54,674 bases of DNA from Candidatus Omnitrophota bacterium (GTDB taxonomy: Bacteria; Omnitrophota; Gorgyraeia; Duberdicusellales; 4484-171): positions 1 to 54,674 of the forward strand of contig JBDRDJ010000008.1 in assembly GCA_043820815.1 (NCBI GenBank), written 5' to 3'. Position 1 is the first letter of the stretch. Each line of letters opens with the position of its first letter. The position numbers were made by a program, and so were the translations under genes. The notes under the pieces are model-generated. The model did not search any database. It was not told where the DNA came from and was given only the letters and a program-made list of their open reading frames with translations. Below, in pieces: positions 8,536 through 18,237 of this stretch.

Positions 8536-8907
8536 GTGAGAGTGGGCCAATCAAAAATGAACTTTAGCTTAATTGAAGTAAGCGTTTCGCTTTGTGTTTT
8601 AGTTTTAATTCTCGCCGGCCTATTCAGGGTTCTTTATCAGGGTTTTAATTCAGTAGATAAATCCAAGACAAAAACTATTGTATATGGCCTTATAAGAGAA
8701 AAGCTTGAAGAAAAGTGCGCCCAATATTGCTGGCCTCCCTTTTCAGAGCCGCGCCAATCCGTAAGCGGCTTTACAGGGCTTGAGCGACAAGTTATTACTA
8801 CACGTCCTTATCTGAGTTATAACGATTTAGCCCATATTCAAGTTACAGTCTGGTGGAATAACGGCACTCAATCGGAATCTTTAGAGACATTATGTGCTGA
8901 TTATTGA
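8536..8907 (+). CDS. Minor pilin, GspI/PilV-like
   Basis: N|FSLIEVSVSL (non-canonical residue at -1); C-terminal V.VTV.W strand; operon position. Confidence 0.6.
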   Translation: MRVGQSKMNFSLIEVSVSLCVLVLILAGLFRVLYQGFNSVDKSKTKTIVYGLIREKLEEKCAQYCWPPFSEPRQSVSGFTGLERQVITTRPYLSYNDLAHIQVTVWWNNGTQSESLETLCADY

Positions 8908-8964
8908 AATTTATCCATTCGCCTTAAAAGAAAACGGGTATGTAAGGATTAATGTTCCCCGCGC

Positions 8965-9546
8965 GTGAGCTTTAAGCCCATGATTATTAAAAAAGGATTT
9001 ACCCTGCTTGAGATAATGGTTGCACTTACGGTATTTACGCTTGTTATTTCTGCGGCCGGGTCTATATTTGTTTCGGTTGATAGAGCATACAAAAAACAAG
9101 TTGATTCGGTTGAGTTGATTCAGAATCTTCGCTGGGCATTAGAATATATGGCTAACGAAATAAGGTATTCCGCTGTATCTTCAAATCCCGGGTGGGCCAG
9201 CCTTGGGGTTATTGCTAACGGAAGGACACTTCGTTTTGGAATAGATACAAATAGTGATAATGACCCTGATACCTGGGTGGAATACAGCAGAGAATCTAAT
9301 ACGTTATCACGCAGATGGCGGGATCATCCGGCAGGTGGCGGCTGGGGGCCTTATCAGGAGATTGCTAATTATATTGTTGATAATCCTGACCTCTTAGACA
9401 ATTCAAACGGTTTTGGCCTCCCTGACGGAAGAGCCGACCCAATATTTATGCAGAGCGGAAACGATGATTTATTAACAATAGAGTTAACCGCGCAAAAGGA
9501 TAATCTGGTTTATACAAAAAGAGTAAGGGTAAAACCTCGAAACTGA
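8965..9546 (+). CDS. Minor pilin, GspJ/PilW-like
   Basis: KKG|FTLLEIMVAL; LE.MA.EIR motif. Confidence 0.75.
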   Translation: MSFKPMIIKKGFTLLEIMVALTVFTLVISAAGSIFVSVDRAYKKQVDSVELIQNLRWALEYMANEIRYSAVSSNPGWASLGVIANGRTLRFGIDTNSDNDPDTWVEYSRESNTLSRRWRDHPAGGGWGPYQEIANYIVDNPDLLDNSNGFGLPDGRADPIFMQSGNDDLLTIELTAQKDNLVYTKRVRVKPRN

Positions 9547-9552
9547 TTCACC

Positions 9553-9960
9553 ATGATAAAATCTCAAGCATTGTTATTTGTTTTGTTTTTACTTCTTTTG
9601 GCAGGTATTTTTATAGTTTCACTTTCGGGAATGTGGCAGTCAGAAATATTGTCACGCAGTGAAGAGAAATATTCAACAGCGGTTTTCTATCTTGCCCAGG
9701 GAGGAATCGAGAGGGCTAAAATTGAAGCAAAAAACGGCGTAGTTACGGCTCCGGCCTGGAGCGGCCCGTTTGTTTTAGGTACAGGCAGGTATTTTTTTTA
9801 TATTGAGGATATCGGATCCGGAGAAAGGCTTATTCGTTCAGCCGGCGAGATTTTAGATTCATCAGGCAACATAATAGCTCGAAGGCAAATACGCCAGGAA
9901 GTTGAATCTGCGGCAACCCCTGATCCCCGGATTAAAAGCTGGAGCTGGCGGCAGGAATAA
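9553..9960 (+). CDS. Minor pilin, PilX/GspK-like
   Basis: QA|LLFVL without Glu5; A.YLAQGGIERA motif typical of PilX N-termini. Confidence 0.65.
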   Translation: MIKSQALLFVLFLLLLAGIFIVSLSGMWQSEILSRSEEKYSTAVFYLAQGGIERAKIEAKNGVVTAPAWSGPFVLGTGRYFFYIEDIGSGERLIRSAGEILDSSGNIIARRQIRQEVESAATPDPRIKSWSWRQE

Positions 9961-9996
9961 CCTAACAAAGATTTTTCGTCTAACGTTAACGTAAAT

Positions 9997-10118
9997 AAAT
10001 CAAAAATCAAATATCAAAAATCAAAATGACAATGTAAAAATCAAAATTAAAATATTTAAATCTAAACTTTTTGAATTTTAATTTGTCATTTTGATATTTA
10101 CATTTTGATTTTTAATTT
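9997..10118. repeat. Heptamer-built (AAAATCA) long hairpin element
   Basis: Arms 9997-10046 and about 10068-10118 pair at 41/50 positions; the left arm recurs at 54431-54470. Confidence 0.8.
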
Positions 10119-10162
10119 AAAAACGGGTATCGCCCTTATAATAATAAATCCAGAGGTACTAC

Positions 10163-11371
10163 ATGCCCCAATATAAGTATACTGCAAGGGATAGCAAAGG
10201 GAAAATCATTCGCGGTGTTGTTGAGGCGGTCAGCGAAGCTGATTTGGCAGAAATGATTTCTCAATCAGATAGATATTTGACGGGATTTAAGGCCATGCCC
10301 GAGGAATCACCTAAGTCTAAGGTTAAGCCTTCTTGGATGAAGCCAAAAGAAACCCTGCAGTTTACTATTCATTTGGCCACCTTAGTCGATTCGGGCCTTC
10401 CGCTTCTTGATGGTTTAAGAGATTTAGCTAAAGAGGCGCAGAATGAGAGAGTTCAGCAGGTCATTGACAATATCCGGTATCATGTGGAAAGCGGCAGTTC
10501 TTTAAAGGAAGCAATATCCCGCCACCCAAGGACATTCTCCAAACTATACGAAGCCTTGGTCGATACCGGTGAAAGTACAGGTAAACTTGCACAGACTCTC
10601 AACAGCTTAGCAAATCTTCTTGAATGGCAATTAGACCTAAGAGTGCGCATCAAAGAAGCCTCGACATATCCGGCAATTTTATTTTTTGTTATGGTTTCGG
10701 TGGTTTGCCTTATGATAATTCATGTAATACCTATTTTTGAGCCTATATTTACCCAGGCAGGAGTAGCCCTGCCGGCAGCAACCCAGATTATTTTAGGTAT
10801 AAGTCATTTTTTACGTTCTTTCTGGTATCTTATCCTTGCTGTAATAGTTATGATTCTTCTAGGGTATAAATTCTGGAAATTAACCGAAAGAGGCCGTTAT
10901 ATTATCGATAGTATAAGGTTGAGAATACCTGTTTTTGGCGAGCTGATTCGAAAATTATCGCTGTCTCGTTTCACCCAGACATTTGCCTTAAGTTTTAAGG
11001 CAGGAGTGAACCTCCTAAACTGTTTGGATATTTCCAGCAAAACCTGTGCCAACGCACGAATTGAAAATGCAATTCTAAAAGCAAGAAGTTCTGTAAATGT
11101 GGGAGAGAAACTCGCTGCTTCATTTAAAGCTACAGGTGAGTTTCCTGTGATGGTTGTGCGCATGATAGAGGTGGGGGAACAATCCGGGGCTTTAACCCAG
11201 ACTCTATTTAAAGCAGCAAGTTTTTATGATAAAGAAGTAGCTTCCGACATAAAAAGAATATTCTCCATCATTGAGCCGGCAATGATTGTTATAATGGGTG
11301 TTGTGGTCGGGGGTATTTCTTTAGCTATTTTTCTACCCCTGTTTAAAATGGCGAGTATTATCGCCGACTAA
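10163..11371 (+). CDS. PilC/GspF inner-membrane platform protein
   Basis: MPQYKYTARDSKG, GESTGKL, TYPAIL, MIEVGEQSGAL, IIEPAMIV motifs; two F domains. Confidence 0.95.
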   Translation: MPQYKYTARDSKGKIIRGVVEAVSEADLAEMISQSDRYLTGFKAMPEESPKSKVKPSWMKPKETLQFTIHLATLVDSGLPLLDGLRDLAKEAQNERVQQVIDNIRYHVESGSSLKEAISRHPRTFSKLYEALVDTGESTGKLAQTLNSLANLLEWQLDLRVRIKEASTYPAILFFVMVSVVCLMIIHVIPIFEPIFTQAGVALPAATQIILGISHFLRSFWYLILAVIVMILLGYKFWKLTERGRYIIDSIRLRIPVFGELIRKLSLSRFTQTFALSFKAGVNLLNCLDISSKTCANARIENAILKARSSVNVGEKLAASFKATGEFPVMVVRMIEVGEQSGALTQTLFKAASFYDKEVASDIKRIFSIIEPAMIVIMGVVVGGISLAIFLPLFKMASIIAD

Positions 11372-11387
11372 TGAATAATTTAAATAA

Positions 11388-11409
11388 TAGAAGCGGATAT
11401 CCGCTTCTA
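11388..11409. repeat. REP-like perfect palindrome
   Basis: TAGAAGCGGATATCCGCTTCTA, perfect 22 bp. Confidence 0.75.
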
Positions 11410-11426
11410 CAACAAATAATAATCAT

Positions 11427-13235
11427 ATGGCTGATTTAATTGGAATTGATATAGGCGTTCGATTTGTAAGAGGAGTTGTACTTTCGCAACGGCCAAAACA
11501 ATCAATCTCTGATATTTTCTTTTTTCCTACCCCTTTTTCAAACGTTTCATCTGCCCGGGAAATTGATGCGAAACAATTCTTCGATAAAATTACATCGTAT
11601 GTGCCTTTAGAATTCTTAAAAAAAGCGCAAATAGGAGTTAATATACTTTCGTCCTTGGTTACGGTCAGCGTTGTTTATTTGCCAAAGATGAGCAAGAAGG
11701 AGTTAGATATTGCAGTTATTGCAGAAGCGCGCAGAAAAATGATTCCGCCTCCGGGGCCAAACAGTGTTTTTGAATATTCTATTTTAAGCGAGGTGGCTAT
11801 AGATAATGTTGTCAGGTATGAAATTCTTGTAATTAAAACAGAGCGCCATTTCATAGAGGAAGTTTTAAGAATATTTAAACCGTTTGCGGATATTAGCCCT
11901 TTCTTTATAGGCCCTACATGTTATGCGATTATAAATTCACTCGCTTACGACCCTCAAGCGCAGCAAAAAGATACAGCAATTATTGACCTTGGTTATGATT
12001 CAATAGATATCGCTATTGCCAAAAAAGGAAAATTATATTTCTACCGCAACATTAACTTTGGATTAAAGAATATTATTTCTAATATAGCCGGATCTCTTGC
12101 TATAGACTTTCAAGAAGCCGAAAAGGTTATTAATGATATAGGGGTTCCTAAAGTCGATATTGATCTGTCGGATAAAGTGAGAGTTGCCGAAGAAATAATG
12201 CGCCAGAAGTATGAACTCCCCCAATACGAAGCCGGCCATAAAGATGTAAATGTTCTTGAGCTGAGAGTTTTTTGGAACACACAAATAGAAAGAGCTATAC
12301 ACGAAATAAGAAGGACGCTTCATTATTATAGTGAGCAGACAGGAAAAAGAAGAGTTGAAGATGTTCTTTTCTTAGGAGAAGGCTCTTTAATACAGGGGTA
12401 TGTGCCTTCTATTATCAAAGAAATCGGCGGTAACAGCCGGCTATACAATCCATTTGAAGCGGTAAATGTCACTTTAGAAGGCCAGAAGTCTAAAATATTG
12501 CAAGATAGCATTTCAGTATTTGCGCCCGCATTTTCCATCGCTAAAAGCATGACAACCGGTAAGAAGATGCAAGGAGAGATTAATTTCTTACCTTCCGGGC
12601 TTAAGAAACGTAATCAAAGAATTCAGAATCAAATATTGCTTACAGGTTTCGGTATTTTTATGGTTTGTTTTATTTTTCTGGCTTGGTTTAAAGTTTTTGT
12701 TAACAATTATGCCCTCAAAGCTTCTTTAGAAGGCAAGCGGGCCGAAATAGAAAAAGCTAAAGGAATAATTTCAACGCTCGATGGGCTTAAATCAGAAAGA
12801 GAAAAAATAGATATTCGAACCAGCAAGGTTGGTGAAATCGTTAAGCAGAGAGTCAATATATCGCAAGCGCTTAATCAGGTAGCCAGCCTTATGCCCGGTG
12901 ATGTTTTCTTAGAAACGTTAACTATATCCAAAGGCGCAAGCTCAACCGTTTTATCCGGCAATACGGCTCAAGTAAGCCGGGGAGATATTTCCACGGGTAA
13001 GTCTTATGCTATATCGCTTACGGCCAGATGTTTTTCTGATTACGAAACCGCCGTTCGACTTGCCGATGAATTTAGGAAACGGCTGGAGGATGATAATAAT
13101 TTCGTTAATGTAAATTTGCTTTATCCTGACATTGAAAAGATTTCGCCTGTTATTGAAAACCAGAAAGAAATTTCCCTTACTCAGCCTAAACTAAGAGAGT
13201 TTAATTTAAGTGCAGAGCTTGTAATTAGAGATTAA
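11427..13235 (+). CDS. PilM-PilN fusion (GspL-like architecture)
   Basis: Actin-like GIDIG and AIIDLGY motifs, EIRRTL.YY, INFLP, then a TM helix, a coiled coil and the PilN-like LMPGDVFLETLTI. Confidence 0.8.
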   Translation: MADLIGIDIGVRFVRGVVLSQRPKQSISDIFFFPTPFSNVSSAREIDAKQFFDKITSYVPLEFLKKAQIGVNILSSLVTVSVVYLPKMSKKELDIAVIAEARRKMIPPPGPNSVFEYSILSEVAIDNVVRYEILVIKTERHFIEEVLRIFKPFADISPFFIGPTCYAIINSLAYDPQAQQKDTAIIDLGYDSIDIAIAKKGKLYFYRNINFGLKNIISNIAGSLAIDFQEAEKVINDIGVPKVDIDLSDKVRVAEEIMRQKYELPQYEAGHKDVNVLELRVFWNTQIERAIHEIRRTLHYYSEQTGKRRVEDVLFLGEGSLIQGYVPSIIKEIGGNSRLYNPFEAVNVTLEGQKSKILQDSISVFAPAFSIAKSMTTGKKMQGEINFLPSGLKKRNQRIQNQILLTGFGIFMVCFIFLAWFKVFVNNYALKASLEGKRAEIEKAKGIISTLDGLKSEREKIDIRTSKVGEIVKQRVNISQALNQVASLMPGDVFLETLTISKGASSTVLSGNTAQVSRGDISTGKSYAISLTARCFSDYETAVRLADEFRKRLEDDNNFVNVNLLYPDIEKISPVIENQKEISLTQPKLREFNLSAELVIRD

Positions 13236-13245
13236 AATAATTTTT

Positions 13246-13905
13246 ATGGAAGGTACGCGTTTTTTAAAACTCCTCATCGTAATATTCTTTTTGTCATTTT
13301 TTTATTTCTTTCTTGCCCAGTTAAAGGTTAATACCAATTTAAAGAAAGAATTAAGGCAGGCAAGCCAAAAGATTAATAATGCAAAAGAAGCCAGACAAGA
13401 GCTGGATAAACTAAAGACAGAAATTGCAGCTATTGAAGAGACAGCAGGCCGCATAGAGGAAAGAATTCCGACAAATGAAGATAAACCCCTTAAATTAATA
13501 AGAGAGATAACTCATTTAGGCAGCCGGTTAGGCGCCAGGAATATGGAGTTCATTTTCGAAAATGAAACTAACGCACAGCCTTCCATGGACAGCCTTAAAC
13601 AAAATAATAATAACAGCCTATATCAGGATGGAAGTTATGCTTCATCAGGCAGCGAATATGCCGAATCCGCTTCATCCCGATTTCCATCGGAGGCTATTAA
13701 CGGGGCCCAGCAAAGAATAAGGCCAATACTTATTAAAATTAATTTTGAAAGCCAGTACCACGCTTTAGTCAATTTTGTAAAAGAACTTCTTAAAACACAA
13801 CGGCTTGTATTTATTGAATATGTCAATATCGAACGCATGCCCGGTGCTTATCCCCGGCAGAAAGTGAGTATGACTCTAGTCACTTATACATTCGTTTCTC
13901 AATAG
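13246..13905 (+). CDS. PilO/GspM-like protein
   Basis: N-terminal TM, coiled coil, I.I.FES.YHALVNFV..L....RLV.IE.V.I ferredoxin-like pattern. Confidence 0.75.
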   Translation: MEGTRFLKLLIVIFFLSFFYFFLAQLKVNTNLKKELRQASQKINNAKEARQELDKLKTEIAAIEETAGRIEERIPTNEDKPLKLIREITHLGSRLGARNMEFIFENETNAQPSMDSLKQNNNNSLYQDGSYASSGSEYAESASSRFPSEAINGAQQRIRPILIKINFESQYHALVNFVKELLKTQRLVFIEYVNIERMPGAYPRQKVSMTLVTYTFVSQ

Positions 13906-13992
13906 AAAATCGATTATCACCGTATAAACCGCAACTAAGGTAAATTCGAATAGTAACATCTAAAAATAACTAGGAGAAACACCAGGAGGTGC

Positions 13993-14250
13993 ATGATGGA
14001 AAAGATTGCGTTTATAGCAGCGATTGTATTGCCTTTGTGGAATATACCGCTTATTGCAAGAGTCATAAAAAGAAAATCATCCAAGGATATCAGTTTGTAT
14101 TGGGTTTTGGGCGTATGGGTGTGTTTTTTGTTAATGGCACCGGAAGCTTTCCGTTCTTCGGACCGCATATGGCGGGCGTTTAATATTATGAATCTTATCC
14201 TTTTTACCGCTGTAGTTATTGTTGTATTGATTTACAGAAGAATTGTCTAA
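13993..14250 (+). CDS. PQ-loop/SemiSWEET-like small transporter
   Basis: Three hydrophobic helices; LP...P.I....KRKSSKDIS motif; SD GGAGG. Confidence 0.65.
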   Translation: MMEKIAFIAAIVLPLWNIPLIARVIKRKSSKDISLYWVLGVWVCFLLMAPEAFRSSDRIWRAFNIMNLILFTAVVIVVLIYRRIV

Positions 14251-14263
14251 TTGATTTTATAAT

Positions 14264-14683
14264 ATGTTTTCATTTAATGTAACCCAAAGAAAACAGAAAG
14301 AGCTTATTGGGAGAATGAATAAGCTGGGAGTTTCAGAAGATGATTTCCAGGAGAAATTTATACGGTCCAAGGGGCCCGGCGGCCAGAAAGTAAATAAAAC
14401 TTCTTCTTGTGTGTTTCTACGCCATATATCAACAGGTATAACTGTCAAATGCCAGAAAGAGCGCCTGCAGTCTATAAACAGGTTTCTGGCGCGCCGTATG
14501 CTTTTAGATAAAATTGAAAAGGCCAAAATTGGTTTTATCGCCGAGGAAAAAAAGCGGATAGAAAAAATAAGGCGCCAGAAAAGAAAGCGCTCCAAACGCG
14601 CAAAAGAAAAAATACTAGCCGCCAAACGCAGGCAATCCGAAAAGAAGAAACTAAGATCTTCTGTTAACGAATCCACCGACTAG
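14264..14683 (+). CDS. ArfB/YaeJ-like peptidyl-tRNA hydrolase (release-factor-like)
   Basis: GPGGQKVNKTSS GGQ motif, ERLQ..NR..A, long basic C-terminal tail. Confidence 0.85.
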   Translation: MFSFNVTQRKQKELIGRMNKLGVSEDDFQEKFIRSKGPGGQKVNKTSSCVFLRHISTGITVKCQKERLQSINRFLARRMLLDKIEKAKIGFIAEEKKRIEKIRRQKRKRSKRAKEKILAAKRRQSEKKKLRSSVNESTD

Positions 14684-14694
14684 CGTGGAAGCGG

Positions 14695-15069
14695 TCAGGA
14701 ACGATTGGCCAGGGCGCTTTTTATCTCACCTAATAAGTCCATAAGATTATAAGGTTTTGTGATATAGCAGCGTGCACCTTCTTCTAATCCTTTGACCGCA
14801 TCTTCTTCGTCAGCAAGAGCAGTAAGCATTATAACCGGAATATTTTTCGTTTTTTCATTATCTTTAAGAAGTTTGCATACTTCTAAGCCGTTTAATTCCG
14901 GCATGAGCACATCTAAGAGTATAACGTCAGGGCAATATTCTTCAGCTTTACAAATGCATTCCTTACCGCTTGCGGCTGTAATAACATCATAGCCTTGAAA
15001 CTGTAGGGATTTTGTTAGAGCTTTTACTACGCTGGCTTCGTCATCAACTACCAGTATTTTTTTAACCAT
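14695..15069 (-). CDS. Single-domain response regulator (CheY-like)
   Basis: ILVVDDE, LLD (phosphoacceptor), IMLTA, YITKP; ATG at 15069 with SD AGGAGGT. Confidence 0.9.
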   Translation of the reverse strand: MVKKILVVDDEASVVKALTKSLQFQGYDVITAASGKECICKAEEYCPDVILLDVLMPELNGLEVCKLLKDNEKTKNIPVIMLTALADEEDAVKGLEEGARCYITKPYNLMDLLGEIKSALANRS

Positions 15070-15135
15070 AATTACCTCCTTCAATGAGGACATGACTTAT
15101 GGAGCGATAGCGAACATAAGGCATATGTCCGGATT

Positions 15136-15168
15136 GATCCTTCGCCTGCCAACAGCAGGCGAAGGATC
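15136..15168. repeat. Perfect 14-bp stem-loop, REP-like
   Basis: GATCCTTCGCCTGC-CAACA-GCAGGCGAAGGATC; shares GATCCTTCG with 36476. Confidence 0.65.
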
Positions 15169-15334
15169 TTATACGTGCTTTTTTCAATGAGTAGATGAAT
15201 TCCTGCCTGTTTTCGGCGATAGAGCAGTAGAAAAGGTGCCTTAAATAACCAATGCCGTTATTTTAGGCGTTAATTAAGTTTATTATAACATAAAGGCTTA
15301 AAAAGTGTAAAGCGTTTAGTAAGAAAAGATTTAG

Positions 15335-15363
15335 TTGCCCAAATCCCATTTTATCTTTATAAT
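15335..15363 (+). promoter_or_regulatory. Sigma-70-type promoter
   Basis: TTGCCC, 17 bp, TATAAT; 23 nt upstream of the ATG at 15387. Confidence 0.6.
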
Positions 15364-15386
15364 AAAGCAGAAAACAAAATTTAATT

Positions 15387-15833
15387 ATGGAAGGATTCTG
15401 GCCGTCTTTATTAAAAAACAAAGCCTTGTGGGTTGTGCTCTTAAGCTGGATGTTTGCCCAGGGCTTAAAGATTGCGATAGGAGCCGTTAAAGAGAGGCGT
15501 TTTAACTTCTATTGGCTTCTTGGAACAGGGGGGATGCCGTCTTCTCACAGTGCAGCGGTTGTTTCCTTGGCTTTTTGTATGGGAAAAGAGATTGGATTTT
15601 CTTCACCTTTTTTTGCATTAAGCACTATCTTCGCATTAGTTACGATGTTTGATGCCCAAACCTGGCGGCGTTCCATAGGAGTACAGGCAAGGATATTAAA
15701 TAGAATGATAGAAGATTTGCAGGTCCGTAAAAAGATAGAGGAGCATAGGTTGCGGGAATTAGTCGGCCACACACCGATAGAGGTATTCGTGGGAGCCCTA
15801 ATCGGTATAATAATACCGCTTTTGTTTTACTAA
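15387..15833 (+). CDS. Divergent PAP2 family protein (DUF212)
   Basis: GGMPSSHSA, MFDA...R...G.QA..LN, GHTP.EV..G motifs. Confidence 0.92.
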   Translation: MEGFWPSLLKNKALWVVLLSWMFAQGLKIAIGAVKERRFNFYWLLGTGGMPSSHSAAVVSLAFCMGKEIGFSSPFFALSTIFALVTMFDAQTWRRSIGVQARILNRMIEDLQVRKKIEEHRLRELVGHTPIEVFVGALIGIIIPLLFY

Positions 15834-15848
15834 AGGAGATGGGTTGAT

Positions 15849-16655
15849 ATGAGAAGAGTAGTTATTGTTTCAGTGGTTGCAGCCATTATTGTTTTTTCTG
15901 CCGTTTTTATGGTTTTAAGAAGCAGAAAGCCAAAGGCAGAAAGAAAGAACGAACCTGTTGTCACGGGCGATATAAAAGATGCCCAGGCTGCTTATGAAAG
16001 AGGGGATCTGTTGGGGTCAAGAAAACTATATAAAGACGGGCTTGAAAGTATTAGAGATACTCAAGAATTGACTCAGGTGCGAAAGAGAGTTGAAGAAATA
16101 AATATGAAATTGCTTTTTTCGCCTGTGATTGATGAATGCAGTATTTCTTATGTTGTAAAACCTAAGGATGTCCTGTCAAAAATTGCAAAAAAGTTTAACA
16201 CAACGGTAAATCTTATAAAACGTTCGAACAATTTGGCCTCTAATATGATAAGGCCGGATCAGGAGTTAAAAATCTATACTTGCCAATTTTCTATTGCCAT
16301 CGATAAATCTCAGAACCTTTTATTTCTTAAGAAAGGGGAGGAGATTTTTAAAACATATACAGTTGCAACCGGGAAGGATAACGTAACACCTGTAGGGAAT
16401 TTCAAGATTATTAATAAACTTTATGACCCTACATGGTTTAAAGCCGGGGCAGTTATTCCTCCTGACAGCCCTGACAATGTCCTTGGGTCGCGGTGGATGG
16501 GATTCGATATTAAGGGGTATGGTATCCATGGGACTACCGAACCCGAATCTATCGGCACTCACAGCACTTTGGGCTGTGTGCGAATGATTAATGAGGAAGC
16601 AGAAGAGGTTTTTGATATTGTGCCTATAGGTACGGAAGTGGCTATCGTTGAGTAA
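15849..16655 (+). CDS. LysM-domain L,D-transpeptidase
   Basis: Membrane anchor; LysM YVVKPKDVLSKIAKKF; YkuD-type GIHGT...S.GCVRM. Confidence 0.92.
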   Translation: MRRVVIVSVVAAIIVFSAVFMVLRSRKPKAERKNEPVVTGDIKDAQAAYERGDLLGSRKLYKDGLESIRDTQELTQVRKRVEEINMKLLFSPVIDECSISYVVKPKDVLSKIAKKFNTTVNLIKRSNNLASNMIRPDQELKIYTCQFSIAIDKSQNLLFLKKGEEIFKTYTVATGKDNVTPVGNFKIINKLYDPTWFKAGAVIPPDSPDNVLGSRWMGFDIKGYGIHGTTEPESIGTHSTLGCVRMINEEAEEVFDIVPIGTEVAIVE

Positions 16656-16662
16656 GTAAGTT

Positions 16663-17613
16663 ATGCAGAGCTGGGAATTTGAGAAACCCATAACAGAATT
16701 AGAAAAAAAGATTGCTGAACTTACAGCTTTTTCTTCTGATAAGGGAGTCGATCTAACCCAAGATATCTCTAGCCTTAACGAGAAATTGACACGCCTTAAA
16801 AGGCAGGTCTATTCTAATCTTACACCATGGCAAAAAGTTCAGATTTCCCGCTGCCCGGGCAGGCCGACAACAATTGATTATATTGATATGCTCATGACTG
16901 ATTTTATCCCCCTTCATGGAGACAGGCTTTTTGGAGACGATAAAGCCATAATAAGCGGTTTTGCCAAATTTGATGATTATAAAATAGTTATTATAGGCCA
17001 TCAGAAAGGAAAAGATACCAAGGAAAATATCGAGAGGAATTTCGGCTGTGCGCATCCCGAAGGATACCGTAAAGCCATGAGGGTGATGAGGCTTGGAGAA
17101 CGTTTCAATTTACCCATAGTTTGTTTTGTGGATACGCCCGGAGCCTACCCGGGGGTTGGGGCTGAAGAGCGCGGCCAAGCCCAGGCTATCGCAGAGAATA
17201 TACGCGATATGTTTTCCTTGAAAGTTCCTATTGTGGTTGTCGTAATAGGAGAAGGCGGCAGCGGCGGCGCATTGGGTATCGGTGTGGGTGATAAAGTATT
17301 GATTCTTGAGTATGCTTATTATTCCGTTATTTCTCCCGAAGGCTGTGCGGCGATATTATGGAAAGATGCATCCCGTAGAGAAGAAGCGGCCAGGGTTTTA
17401 AAGTTAAACGCGCATGATCTTAAAAGGCTTGGTGTTATTGATGAGATAATTGCCGAACCTCAGGGAGGTGCTCATCGTAATCCTCAAGAGGCTGCGTCAA
17501 ATATTAAAGCCGCCCTTAAGCAGAGCCTGGAAGAACTTAGCCTGCTTACAGCAGATAAACTTTTAGCCCAAAGATATCAGAAATTCAGAAAGATAGGTGT
17601 TTTTAAGAAATGA
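16663..17613 (+). CDS. accA: Acetyl-CoA carboxylase carboxyltransferase alpha subunit
   Basis: LHGDRLFGDD, PEGYRKA.R.M, DTPGAYPG..AEERGQ, GEGGSGGA, YSVISPEGCA. Confidence 0.97.
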   Translation: MQSWEFEKPITELEKKIAELTAFSSDKGVDLTQDISSLNEKLTRLKRQVYSNLTPWQKVQISRCPGRPTTIDYIDMLMTDFIPLHGDRLFGDDKAIISGFAKFDDYKIVIIGHQKGKDTKENIERNFGCAHPEGYRKAMRVMRLGERFNLPIVCFVDTPGAYPGVGAEERGQAQAIAENIRDMFSLKVPIVVVVIGEGGSGGALGIGVGDKVLILEYAYYSVISPEGCAAILWKDASRREEAARVLKLNAHDLKRLGVIDEIIAEPQGGAHRNPQEAASNIKAALKQSLEELSLLTADKLLAQRYQKFRKIGVFKK

Positions 17614-18134
17614 TTCAAAGCTTGGTTATTCTAGGACTGCTTAAGAAGAAACCTTCCTCGGGATACGATATTAGAAAGTTCATGGATAAAGATCTTGGTA
17701 AGTTTTCAAACCCTCAGGCATCTTCAATATACTACTCCCTGAATAAGATGCAGAAAAAAGGCCTGATAACGGCAAAAATTCAAAGCCGCAGCGAACATCT
17801 TAAAAAATGTGTATACTCTATTACCGCTAAAGGGGAAAAAGAGTTTTCTAAGCTTTGCAGAAACGTTTTGCTTTCTCAGAAGAGGCCTTTTATAGAATTG
17901 GACATTGCCCTCTATTTCCTCCCTTTTCTCGATAAAAAAGAAATTATGCCGCTGTTGCGCTTACGTTTAAGGTTTCTGGAGAGAGTAAAGAAGTGGCTTA
18001 AAGCCAAAGACGAAGAATTAAAAGATGCCCCCAGGAATTTAACCCTTCTCATTAGTCATCAATATCAACTTGCAGCTACCGAGAAAGAATTCTTAAAGAG
18101 TATGATTAAAAGCGTAAAGCAAGGAGAAATTTAA
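17610..18134 (+). CDS. PadR-family transcriptional regulator
   Basis: ILGLL..KP.SGYDI, IYYSL.K..K.GLI, YSIT.KG; overlaps the accA stop. Confidence 0.88.
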   Translation: MIQSLVILGLLKKKPSSGYDIRKFMDKDLGKFSNPQASSIYYSLNKMQKKGLITAKIQSRSEHLKKCVYSITAKGEKEFSKLCRNVLLSQKRPFIELDIALYFLPFLDKKEIMPLLRLRLRFLERVKKWLKAKDEELKDAPRNLTLLISHQYQLAATEKEFLKSMIKSVKQGEI

Positions 18135-18173
18135 GAACTTTCCTTTTTTGTATCAGGATGTTTATTACAGGAA

Positions 18174-18198
18174 AAGGGCAGGTTTGAAACCTGCCCTT
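18174..18198. repeat. REP-like perfect palindrome
   Basis: AAGGGCAGGTTT-G-AAACCTGCCCTT, 12-bp arms. Confidence 0.7.
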
Positions 18199-18237
18199 TA
18201 TGAAAATAATCCTGTTTGTTTTAAGGTTTTTAATTAT

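Noticed and set aside
9997-10118. Heptamer arrays as CRISPR repeats
   Set aside because: No repeat-spacer structure and no cas genes; the units are 7-bp degenerate repeats forming hairpins.
8931-10130. Identical 11-mer AAAACGGGTAT in two gaps of the pilus operon (8931, 10120)
   Set aside because: Only two copies and no symmetry; cannot be separated from chance without genome-wide counts.
14257-14676. 139-aa antisense ORF mirroring the ArfB-like gene, and the many other 60-190 aa overlapping ORFs in the track
   Set aside because: They are shadow frames of well-supported genes, with no motifs or ribosome-binding sites.
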